Positions 50,169-58,335 of a stretch of DNA of 64,000 bases are shown piece after piece. The notes below the pieces were generated by a model. It had not been told where the DNA came from. It searched no databases and was given only the letters and a program-made list of their open reading frames with translations. The position numbers and the translations under genes were made by a program. Location: assembly GCA_965248695.1 (NCBI GenBank), contig CBDFKD010000002.1:4992001-5056000 (forward strand), given 5' to 3'. How positions within the stretch are numbered: the stretch's first letter is position 1; every line of letters starts with the position of its first letter. Origin of the DNA: Acidobacteriota bacterium. Its GTDB lineage: Bacteria > Acidobacteriota > UBA890 > WLXD01.

Positions 50169-50855
50169 CTAATCGGATGCGATCAAGCTCATCGCGAGGC
50201 CGCCGTTCGCGTCTGCCCGCACCTGCACCTCGCGCTGGAGGATGCGGTCACCCGCAACTCCCCACGCTGTTAGCAGGTACGACTGCTTCGGGATGTCCTC
50301 GACGCGAAAGCTCCCCTGATCATTAGCGATCGCCGCATATGGGTGCGAGACCACGAGGATGAGCGCCATCATCCCCGGGTGCATGTCGCAGCTGACGCTA
50401 TAGGGGCCGTTCTGCTCGAACCGGTGCTCGATCTCGTCGTCTTGCCTCAGGTCAACGTTGATGACCACGGCCTGTGTCTGCGCCTGTGTCACGCGCACGT
50501 TGTGCTCGGTGTCGTCGCCGTTGCCGAACCGCACCTGCTGACCTCTCGCGGCGATCGCCATCCGCGGAGCGAAGGTGCGGCCGAACTGCTCGATCGCGAT
50601 CGCCGTTGCCGGTGCCTCGCGTTCCGGTGCAACCGACGCTGCCTCTGCGAGAGGCTCCAACGACACGACCGCCGGGCCGAGCCCATCGGGGAGCGTCGCG
50701 AGCAGCGTTGCCGCCGCCGCGTCGGGATCAGCCGAGCTGTCGGGCTCGGGAGCGGCCGATCGCGAGCCGCCGGGAGCACACGACACCAGCACGAGCGTGA
50801 TGACCGTCGACCCCACCATCGGTCGCCGTTCCCGGGGGGCACGTCGCGAGTTCAT
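50169..50855 (-). CDS. cupredoxin-like lipoprotein
   Basis: LVSC lipobox; F.N.D..EHNV and CDMHPGM type-1 copper-like ligands. Confidence 0.7.
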   Translation of the reverse strand: MNSRRAPRERRPMVGSTVITLVLVSCAPGGSRSAAPEPDSSADPDAAAATLLATLPDGLGPAVVSLEPLAEAASVAPEREAPATAIAIEQFGRTFAPRMAIAARGQQVRFGNGDDTEHNVRVTQAQTQAVVINVDLRQDDEIEHRFEQNGPYSVSCDMHPGMMALILVVSHPYAAIANDQGSFRVEDIPKQSYLLTAWGVAGDRILQREVQVRADANGGLAMSLIASD

Positions 50856-50862
50856 GCCGCGA

Positions 50863-50980
50863 AGTCTAACGAACTGTCGGTCCTCCAGTCAGCGGGCACG
50901 GCGGTGATGAAGCTACCGAGCTCCGATGCTAGTAGCCCCAATGGCGAAGATGTTGAACACCACGCAGAGTTCGTGGCGCG
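50863..50980 (-). repeat. island repeat copy with tRNA-Glu 3' core
   Basis: GTAGCCCCAATGG at 50932-50944 (12/13 to the tRNA end), then CGAAGATGTTGAAC similar to the 54390 copy; TAGACT -10 at 50868-50863. Confidence 0.8.
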
Positions 50981-51043
50981 GCTCGCGAAGGCGGGGTAGG
51001 CGCTACTGACGTTCGCGCGACCCCAGGCGTTGCATGTTGCGGT

Positions 51044-51628
51044 TCAGCGAGCCGGTCGCAACATCGGCACGAACGGTGGTGACGTTCCCACTTGGACCTC
51101 GCCGAGCACCTCGAAGCCGTGGCGCTGATAGAGGGAGACGTTTCTCGGGTTCGTCGATTCCAGATATGCCGGCGTCTGATCATGGTCGCATTGCTGCGCG
51201 GCATACTTCATGAGCGCGCCCCCGATCCCCTTTCCCCGATACGCCGGGTCAACCCCGATGAGCGGCAGATACCAGTGCGGCTCGGCAGGGTGGTATCCAG
51301 CCAGCTGCTCGAACACTGCGTAGAGGTCGGTGCGGACCGACTCCGAGACGGTACTCTCAATGACCTCGCCCAGAGCTTCCTCATCAGGGTGCACATCGGG
51401 CGGCAGCCAGAGGGCGGTGCCGGCGCATTCCCCGGTGCAGTGGGCACTACCGTGGGCGAAGGAGCTGCCGGCAAACGCACGCGCGAACCGAGGCATGTTC
51501 GTCAGATACTGATGCGGATCCGGATAGCACCATCTCGCCACCGGATCGGCGACGAACGCCAGTACGATCGCATCGATTGCCGGACTCTCGTCGGCCTGAG
51601 TCGTCGTTCTGATCTCAGGGATCTCCAT
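51044..51628 (-). CDS. GNAT family N-acetyltransferase
   Basis: AFVADP, HWYLPLIGVDP..RGKGIG, AYLESTNPRN..LYQRHGF. Confidence 0.9.
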   Translation of the reverse strand: MEIPEIRTTTQADESPAIDAIVLAFVADPVARWCYPDPHQYLTNMPRFARAFAGSSFAHGSAHCTGECAGTALWLPPDVHPDEEALGEVIESTVSESVRTDLYAVFEQLAGYHPAEPHWYLPLIGVDPAYRGKGIGGALMKYAAQQCDHDQTPAYLESTNPRNVSLYQRHGFEVLGEVQVGTSPPFVPMLRPAR

Positions 51629-51769
51629 GGCTTCCTCCGGAGGCTGATCTGGTTCCCGTGTCCGCGATCGCGCGGATCGCGCTCCAGCTTGTCTAGTGGT
51701 CTCTCGCACTGACTGGCGCGAACAACGCAGCCGTGAAAGACCTACGAAGCAGGACGATGGGCGCCCAGA

Positions 51770-51870
51770 AGCGTATCGTCAGCGCCGGCGAGATCCAACG
51801 CCAGGTGTAGAGAGGCTATCGGGCGGCAGTTGAATTGAGGTAGTAGGCCCAATCACCCCGAGTTGGAACC
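51770..51870 (-). repeat. island repeat copy with promoter and tRNA-Glu-like core
   Basis: TTGGAT-CTCGCCGGCGCTGACGA-TACGCT (51798-51770) and GTAGGCCCAA at 51843. Confidence 0.85.
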
Positions 51871-52202
51871 GGATCTAGGAAGAGCTCCGAGGGCTGGATC
51901 GGCTACTTGCCTGATTCGGAGGGCTGAGCGCGTTACGGGGCCGTTGGCACGAGCCGCTTCACCTCCTCGAACCGGGTGGTGACGAGCGTCACGCAATGGC
52001 TACTGGCCCGCATCTGCGCGCGGCTTTCGCACTCCTTCAGTTCCTAATACTCGAAGGACTTGCCGAGGAGTCGCGGGCCTGACTTCTACTGTCCAGGCAT
52101 AGACGGGCCGAGCCACACGAACCGGTACTCCCACGAGCAGCGAGAGCAGCTACGTATCTCCGACGACGGTGTGCTGGGTCCGCTTGAACCGATTCGCTTG
52201 TC

Positions 52203-54203
52203 TTACCGTATCTCGCTCGTACTGGAGGCTCTTCGCCGGGCGCGGCTTCGAACAAGCAGCTGCTCCCGCACCGCTCGATGTGCCTCGTCGATAGCCGAGT
52301 CGGTGTGTGTCGAGGCAGCGGCATCGGAGTTGGCGATGGAAATCCGACCGAATCGCCGGCTCCCGACTACGCACGGCCGATCGTCGGGTGTGAACAGCGC
52401 CCACTCGATGGGATCGTCCAGGGTGTTGTAGCTGTATGCATAGCCGTGCGGCCAGCGATTCACCGTGATCGCTTCGATGTCGCGAGCCGGGTCGAAGCCC
52501 CCACCCTCCAGCATTCGACCGAGCTGGTCGCGGATGTTGCGCTCGAATGTCTCGAAGCTCGTGGCCAACAGATTCTCTCGCCCGATGCGGTGCTGCTGCT
52601 TCTTCGGGTGTCCAGGAGCGCAGGGCGTTCTGGACATGTGCAGAATCATCGGGTCCTCGGGTGACCTGGAGGGTTGGTACTCACCGAACTGCACGGAGCG
52701 GCCAAGGCTGACCCCGCTGTGGTACATCCCCGGCGCGGTCACCCGTGAGACTCCGAGGTTCTTGAAGGCCTTCCAATCTCGGGTAAGGACGTTGGTGGAG
52801 ACGAGCGGCATCTTGACACCATACTTGAGCGCCACCTTCTGCTCGTCGGACATCTCTGGGCACAGGTGTGGGATGACCCCGTTCCAGCAGCCCATCACAC
52901 AGTGACGCGCCCGTACCTTCTCGGCCTTGCCAGCGCGTAGATAGGTAATCTCGACTTCGCGGGCCACATCGGGATCGCCCAGGTGCCGGACGGAGACGCC
53001 CATGCTGTTGAGGCGAATCCTGGCGTCGGAACCCTCGCGGTCTAGGCGGTCGTACCTGAGTCGCGACGTCATCGAGTCGTCCAGCGAGGTGCCGGGAAGC
53101 GCGTCGGGAATCATGGCGCGAACCAGCAACCGTGCCAGCGTCGCGTTGCCGTCTGGAAAGTGGATGTCCGGTCGATCGTCCCACTCGTTCTCGCGACCGT
53201 GTTGCCCGCCGCCGATGTGGGCAAGGGGGCCCACCAGGGGAAGGGTCTCGAGGTTCATCCCCTGGAAGCCGGGATAGCCCTGGGCCCATGCGTAGAGTGC
53301 CGGATGGGCGTCGATGCCAACGCAGAAGCTACCCTTCGGGCGGTCATCGAAGAACGGGATCACATCCGAGTGAACCTTGGCCAGATCGAGCAGAAAGTCC
53401 CGGTAGCTGATGCGTGCCAGGCGCTCCTTCTTGTCCGCATCCGACAGTCCGGGCATGGTGTCCGGGTTCGCATCGTCGTCGTAGAGCCGCGCGATGTCCC
53501 TCTGCGCCTCCGGAGACATCGGGGTCTTTGCGAGCCACTCGGCCCATGCACCCGATTGCCCGCCGCGTCCCATCACCAGCCGATCCTCGCCGAACACCTC
53601 CTTGCTGAAGAACGTGGCGTTGCCCAGGCCCAGCGATCCGTAGAACCTCCTACCCGCGGCGCTGGTGGCATAGGCGCTGTCGATGTCGATGCCGACCGCA
53701 GCGAGAAGCGTCCTGCAGACGGCGCTGTAGTGGCCCACAGACTCGAGGTACGACGTACCGCCGGGCAGCATCAGCGTACGGCCTCGATAGGTCATCTCGT
53801 TGCGCTTGGCATGGCCGCCAAAGTCGTCGTGATTGTCGAGGACAAGGACACGCGCACCGCGGCCAGCCGAGGTCAGGAAGAAATAGGCTGCCGAAAGCCC
53901 GCTCAGCCCCCCACCGACCACCACGCAATCGTAGCGCTCACCGGTATCGGCGGCATCGGTCCAAGAGTTGCCGTCGCGAAGCGCATGGCCGGCCTCGAAG
54001 GAACCGGGGTGGCTGCCGCGCATTCCGGTCAGGGCCGGGGGGTAGTAGTCCTGCGCGAGTGGCGCATAGGGCTTGCCCTCGCGTGCCGACGACCAGCCCG
54101 GTGCGATGAGCGCCCCCCCGATCGCAACCCCCACGCCGTTAACGAAGTCGCGCCGGGTGATATCACGGTGCATCCCTAGATCACGATCCTCACTTGTGGG
54201 CAT
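52203..54203 (-). CDS. Tat-exported FAD oxidoreductase, SpdH-like, copy 2
   Basis: Same motifs as copy 1 (DRDLGM, TRRDF, DNHDDFGGHAKRNE, FPDGNA, TVNRWPHGYAY). Confidence 0.87.
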   Translation of the reverse strand: MPTSEDRDLGMHRDITRRDFVNGVGVAIGGALIAPGWSSAREGKPYAPLAQDYYPPALTGMRGSHPGSFEAGHALRDGNSWTDAADTGERYDCVVVGGGLSGLSAAYFFLTSAGRGARVLVLDNHDDFGGHAKRNEMTYRGRTLMLPGGTSYLESVGHYSAVCRTLLAAVGIDIDSAYATSAAGRRFYGSLGLGNATFFSKEVFGEDRLVMGRGGQSGAWAEWLAKTPMSPEAQRDIARLYDDDANPDTMPGLSDADKKERLARISYRDFLLDLAKVHSDVIPFFDDRPKGSFCVGIDAHPALYAWAQGYPGFQGMNLETLPLVGPLAHIGGGQHGRENEWDDRPDIHFPDGNATLARLLVRAMIPDALPGTSLDDSMTSRLRYDRLDREGSDARIRLNSMGVSVRHLGDPDVAREVEITYLRAGKAEKVRARHCVMGCWNGVIPHLCPEMSDEQKVALKYGVKMPLVSTNVLTRDWKAFKNLGVSRVTAPGMYHSGVSLGRSVQFGEYQPSRSPEDPMILHMSRTPCAPGHPKKQQHRIGRENLLATSFETFERNIRDQLGRMLEGGGFDPARDIEAITVNRWPHGYAYSYNTLDDPIEWALFTPDDRPCVVGSRRFGRISIANSDAAASTHTDSAIDEAHRAVREQLLVRSRARRRASSTSEIR

Positions 54204-54315
54204 AGCCTAGCCGCTCCAGGTTCTCAAACGCGGGAAGCGTGCGAAACGTCGACTCGTTACCAGGCTCGACCGAAGTGCAAATCGCATCCAGACTCTGACG
54301 TCGGCGAGCAAGGGA

Positions 54316-54417
54316 AGCGTATCGTCAGAGCTTGCGAGATCCAACGGAGGGAGTAGGAAGAGGCTGCGGGCAACGGCGAAACGGAGGTGGTAGCCCCAAC
54401 GGCCAGGATGTTGAACC
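54316..54417 (-). repeat. best-preserved island repeat copy (promoter plus tRNA-Glu 3' end)
   Basis: TTGGAT-N17-TACGCT (54344-54316); CAACGGCGAAACGGAGGTGGTAGCCCCAACGG versus CAACGGCGAAATAGAGGGAGTAGCCCCAACGG at tRNA-Glu. Confidence 0.9.
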
Positions 54418-54439
54418 ACATATCCAGTACGTAGCGCGC

Positions 54440-54512
54440 CCCACCCGCTTGTCGAGGATCTCGGTCAGGATGTCGCGATAATCGATCGTGATCTCTAGAT
54501 CCCTGCACCGTC
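54440..54512 (-). pseudogene. C-terminal fragment of a DUF1501-like protein
   Basis: RDLEITIDYRDILTEILDKRVG resembles the DUF1501 C-terminus. Confidence 0.45.
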
Positions 54513-54608
54513 CGCATGAAAGGCTGTACCGGCCAGCGAGGCGCGTCATCTCGACCCGTCGCGGCCGTCAAGCGGAGCGGCCTGCCTGTCCATTGTAGGC
54601 TGTGTCTG

Positions 54609-55037
54609 ATGCAGATCCACCGGGAGACGCTGGAGCGCGAGACCGCGCCCGATACCGACATTCATGACCTCACCGACGAGGTGCGGGCCGTCATCGAGCG
54701 CTCGCGTGTGAAGCAAGGCCAAGTGCTCGTCTTCACGCCAGGCTCGACCGCCGGCGTCACCGTCATCGAGTACGAGAGCGGCGCCGTGGCCGATCTAAGG
54801 CGGGCGATCGACCGGCTGGCGCCCACCGGCGAGCCCTACGATCACGACGCCCGCTGGGGCGACGGCAACGGTTACTCGCACGTGCGCGCCGCGCTGCTCG
54901 GCCCCTCGATCACCGCGCCGATCGTCGACGGTAGGGCGGTTCTAGGCACCTGGCAGCAGATAATTCTGTGCGATTTTGACAACCGGCCGCGAACCCGGAA
55001 AATCGTCGTGCAGGTGATGGGCGTCGTGGTTCCGTAG
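54609..55037 (+). CDS. YjbQ family protein (secondary thiamine-phosphate synthase)
   Basis: GSTAG, NGYSHVRAALLGPS, LGTWQQI...DFD. Confidence 0.9.
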   Translation: MQIHRETLERETAPDTDIHDLTDEVRAVIERSRVKQGQVLVFTPGSTAGVTVIEYESGAVADLRRAIDRLAPTGEPYDHDARWGDGNGYSHVRAALLGPSITAPIVDGRAVLGTWQQIILCDFDNRPRTRKIVVQVMGVVVP

Positions 55038-55245
55038 CCTTGCCGGCCGCTTAGTCAACCCCCTCTCTCACCACCCGCCCGCAAAGCTAAAGCTAACGAA
55101 CGAGCTGGGCGGGCGGAGGTAGTCGATTCAGCAGGGTAGGTGTAATTGCGCGGCAGTCCGTTGTTCGGGATGACGCCGGATGGCATCACCTAAGCCGCTG
55201 TGTTCCATGCCTTGTCATTGGTTGCCCGGGTAATCTCCAGGAATT

Positions 55246-55641
55246 TCAGCTTTCGGCATCGTCCGGGAGAGCGTATCCACCCGATTCGTCGTTAACTTCG
55301 TCGCCAACCAGCGGCGGGTTGAAAATAGCAATGGCGCGCACTTCGGTATCCAGGTTGTAGCGGTGACGCTCATGTTTGTCGAAAGCATAGAAGACTCCCG
55401 GCTCCAGTCTATAAACGTCCCCGGTCTCGATGATCTCGACAGTGCCGGTTCCCTCGAGAACGTAAACGGCCTCGATGTGGTTCTTGTGCTCGACCTCGAG
55501 GTCGATGCCTGCCGAGCCGACGGCCTCGGTTACGGTGAAGCCCAAGTTGTCGGACGCGACCGCCAGGCGGGCGCTCACGAAACCATCCGCTTCGACGAAA
55601 TTCGGCGTCCCCTTCAATTGTGCAAATGTACGAAGAATCAT
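55246..55641 (-). CDS. ectC: ectoine synthase-like protein (solitary EctC)
   Basis: SARL....DNLGF, HKNHIEAVY...G.G, PG..Y.FDKHERH, FNPPL.G.E...SGGY. Confidence 0.8.
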   Translation of the reverse strand: MILRTFAQLKGTPNFVEADGFVSARLAVASDNLGFTVTEAVGSAGIDLEVEHKNHIEAVYVLEGTGTVEIIETGDVYRLEPGVFYAFDKHERHRYNLDTEVRAIAIFNPPLVGDEVNDESGGYALPDDAES

Positions 55642-55837
55642 CCTGAGGTTCCCTTTGCTGGTTTGATATTCGTAGCTGGCACTATCGCTGGCGAAGTCTT
55701 CCGGCAGCACGTTGATCGAGACATCACGATCGAGAGTGGAACTCCGGGGGCTGCATCGGCTGCTTGCATGATTCGGTGAGGCCGGCTGAGCGCGCTACTT
55801 GTCTGTCGGCGCGAGCCGGTTCAGCTCGTCGAAGAAG

Positions 55838-56965
55838 TTAGTTCGTGAGAACCAATCCTCGGCCGACGAGCTTTATGGGATCGGCTCCGGGCTTCGGAAC
55901 GAACTTGCTCAACCATCCGCCGTCCCAGCTGGCGACATAGACGTTGCCGTCCTGGTCCACGTCCATCTGGTGTGGACGCCCGAGGCCACCAGGAAAGCCG
56001 CCCCGCGTCCCGCCGAACGCACCCCAGTGGTACTGGAGGACCCCGTCCAGGTTGTACCTGAGGATCCGGTTCACTGCCGCAGAAATCACCCAGACCGCGT
56101 CATTCTCGTCGATGAAGATTCCGACGGGATCGGTGACGTCGGGCCACTCCTCGATGAACTCGCCGTCTTCCGTAAAGACTTGGATGCGGTTATTGGTCCG
56201 GTCGCCGACGTAGATGCGGTGATCGCGGTCCACGGCAACGCCGTGGATGAGGTCGAACTGTCCGGGGCCGCTCCCGACCGAGCCGAACTCCGACACGAGC
56301 TCGCCGGCCGCGTTGTACCTGGCGATACGACCGTTCTGGTAACCGTCCCCGAGCAGAAAGTCGCCGTCCGGGAGGAAGGTCATCACCGAGGCCTGGCCGA
56401 AGTCGAGCGGTCCCGGGTTCTTGTTCGCCCGTGCCTTCTCCCCGCTCTGGCGCGGGTTGGGGTCGAGGAGCCGCATCACGATCTGTTTGCCGTCGTTGGT
56501 GAACTTGATGACCTGCTCGTGGATGTCCCTGGTTCCTCCGCCGCGCTCGACGAGCCAGATGTGGCGCTCCGGGTCGTAGGGGCTGATGTAGACCTGGTGG
56601 GGAGTGTTGAGCATGGTGTCCCACTGGGTCCAACGCTCGACGATGTCCCCGTTCCCATCGACGACCACCATGTAGTTGGAGCTGTTCGGCCGCTCTTCGC
56701 CTTCGGCGTTCCGGTCGCCCCACACTGCAACGATAATCCGGTTCGGATTGTCAGCCGCCACACCAGAGACCTGACCCCAGGTCCACTCCTCGTCGTGGTC
56801 TGGCGCCGGCTTCCACCAGCCTGCCACCGGATCGTATCCTCCGGTACGGTCGTCCCCGCCCTTGATGACCGCCTCCGGTGCGGCCTGGTCCTCACCAGCG
56901 CAGGCTGGGAGTAGCGCCAGCCCAACGGCGAGGAAGAGGGCCACGTCCATGCGCTTTAGTTTCAT
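55838..56965 (-). CDS. NHL-repeat lipoprotein
   Basis: LPAC lipobox; DGYQNGRI, GPGQFDLIHGVA, DRTNNRIQVF, PHQMDVD. Confidence 0.85.
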   Translation of the reverse strand: MKLKRMDVALFLAVGLALLPACAGEDQAAPEAVIKGGDDRTGGYDPVAGWWKPAPDHDEEWTWGQVSGVAADNPNRIIVAVWGDRNAEGEERPNSSNYMVVVDGNGDIVERWTQWDTMLNTPHQVYISPYDPERHIWLVERGGGTRDIHEQVIKFTNDGKQIVMRLLDPNPRQSGEKARANKNPGPLDFGQASVMTFLPDGDFLLGDGYQNGRIARYNAAGELVSEFGSVGSGPGQFDLIHGVAVDRDHRIYVGDRTNNRIQVFTEDGEFIEEWPDVTDPVGIFIDENDAVWVISAAVNRILRYNLDGVLQYHWGAFGGTRGGFPGGLGRPHQMDVDQDGNVYVASWDGGWLSKFVPKPGADPIKLVGRGLVLTN

Positions 56966-57003
56966 CGTCAAATCCACTCCCGAAAAGGCTTTCATAGACG
57001 CCG

Positions 57004-57990
57004 TGGAGTTGACCCGCTTCCGTGGACACCTTATGGCTAACGCCAAAGGAGTCTGCGATGCGAAGAACACGACCGCCTTATCCGCCGGAGTTTCGCCGGC
57101 AGATCGTCGAGCTAGCGCGGGCAGGACGCAGCGTGCAGGAGCTCGCCGAGGAGTTCGAGCCCTCGTACTGGACGATCCGTACATGGATCAAGCAGGCGGA
57201 TCGAGATGACGGGCTTAGCGCGGCTGGCCTGAGTAGCCAGGACAAGGAAGAACTACGGCGGCTACGCCGGGAAAACCGCCAGTTGAAGACGGAGCGGGAG
57301 ATCCTGGCAAAAGCCGCGGCCTGGTTCGCTCGGGAGACCGGCGCAGTACCCAAGAAGTCTTCGGGTTCGTGAGAGCTCACCAGGCCTGCTATCCGATCGC
57401 CACGATGTGCCGAGTGCTGGAGGTCTCCACCAGCGGCTACTACGCGTGGCGACAACGCCCTAGCAGTATGCGAGCACGACAGGATGCACAGCTGCGTGAG
57501 CAGATCGAGACGATCCATCGACTTAGCCGTGCGACCTATGGCGTGCCTCGGGTACACGCGGAACTGGCCGCCGACGGCGTTCGGGTGGGGCGCAAACGCG
57601 TGGCACGGCTGATGAGCCAGGCGGGGCTGGAGGGTGTCAGCCGCCGCCGTCGGCTGCGCACGACGCGCCGCGGTACTGACGCGCAGCCGGTGCCCGATCT
57701 GGTGAAACGTGACTTCGCGGTCGGTGCACCCGATCGCCTGTGGGTTGCCGACATCACGTACGTCTCTACGTGGTCGGGGTTCTTGTACCTGGCGGTGGTG
57801 ATGGATGCCTTCAGCCGGCGGGTGGTGGGCTGGTCGATGGCCAACCACCTGCGTACCGAACTGGTGCTTGAGGCGCTCAACATGGCGATCTGGCAACGCC
57901 GACCTGAGAGCGTGATCCACCACTCTGATCAGGGCACGCAATACACCTCGATCGCCTTCGGCCACCGCTGCAAGCAGCTCGGTGTACGTC
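57004..57990 (+). mobile_element. IS3-family element, 3'-truncated
   Basis: IRL TGGAGTTGACCCGCTTCCGTGGACA; orfA and orfB; orfB is cut after HHSDQG..Y by the next IS. Confidence 0.9.
57058..57372 (+). CDS. IS3 transposase OrfA
   Basis: YPPEFRRQIV HTH, ELRRLRRENRQLKTEREILAKAAAWFA. Confidence 0.9.
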   Translation: MRRTRPPYPPEFRRQIVELARAGRSVQELAEEFEPSYWTIRTWIKQADRDDGLSAAGLSSQDKEELRRLRRENRQLKTEREILAKAAAWFARETGAVPKKSSGS

Positions 57991-57998
57991 TGACCTGA
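57369..57998 (+). pseudogene. IS3 transposase OrfB, truncated before the catalytic Glu
   Basis: WVADITY, DAFSRRVVGW, HHSDQG; ends at the second IS. Confidence 0.88.
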
Positions 57999-58056
57999 CC
58001 CCCGAAAACGGATCCGGATGTAATCTCACGATCTGGGTCAAGAACGGGAGGTCAGA

Positions 58057-58335
58057 ATGCCGAGTAAGAGGCACAGCGCCGAGCAGATCGTACGCAAGCT
58101 CCGGGAGGCTGAGGTGGAGCTGGCTCGAGGGGCGACGGTCAAGGATGCCTGCCGCAAGCTAGCAATCACCGAGCACACCTACTACCGGTGGCGGCGAGAG
58201 TACGGCGGACTGAAGCTCAACCAGGCCAGAAAGCTCAAGCAACTGGAGAAGGAGAATGCCCGGCTCAAGAGGCTGGTGGCGGAAAAGGAACTCGACCTGT
58301 CGATCCTGAAGGAAGTGGCGGAGGGAAACTTCTGA
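58057..58335 (+). CDS. IS3 transposase OrfA
   Basis: EQIVRKLRE, TYYRWRREYGG, LEKENARLKRLVA, EGNF. Confidence 0.92.
   Translation: MPSKRHSAEQIVRKLREAEVELARGATVKDACRKLAITEHTYYRWRREYGGLKLNQARKLKQLEKENARLKRLVAEKELDLSILKEVAEGNF

Noticed and set aside
55070-55120. Hairpin CCGCCC...GGGCGG between convergent yjbQ and ectC
   Set aside because: Short stem, long loop and no U tract; cannot support a terminator or ncRNA call.
43485-56965. NHL-repeat proteins as peptide-amidating RiPP enzymes
   Set aside because: No precursor peptide, monooxygenase partner or dedicated exporter nearby; NHL propellers are common.
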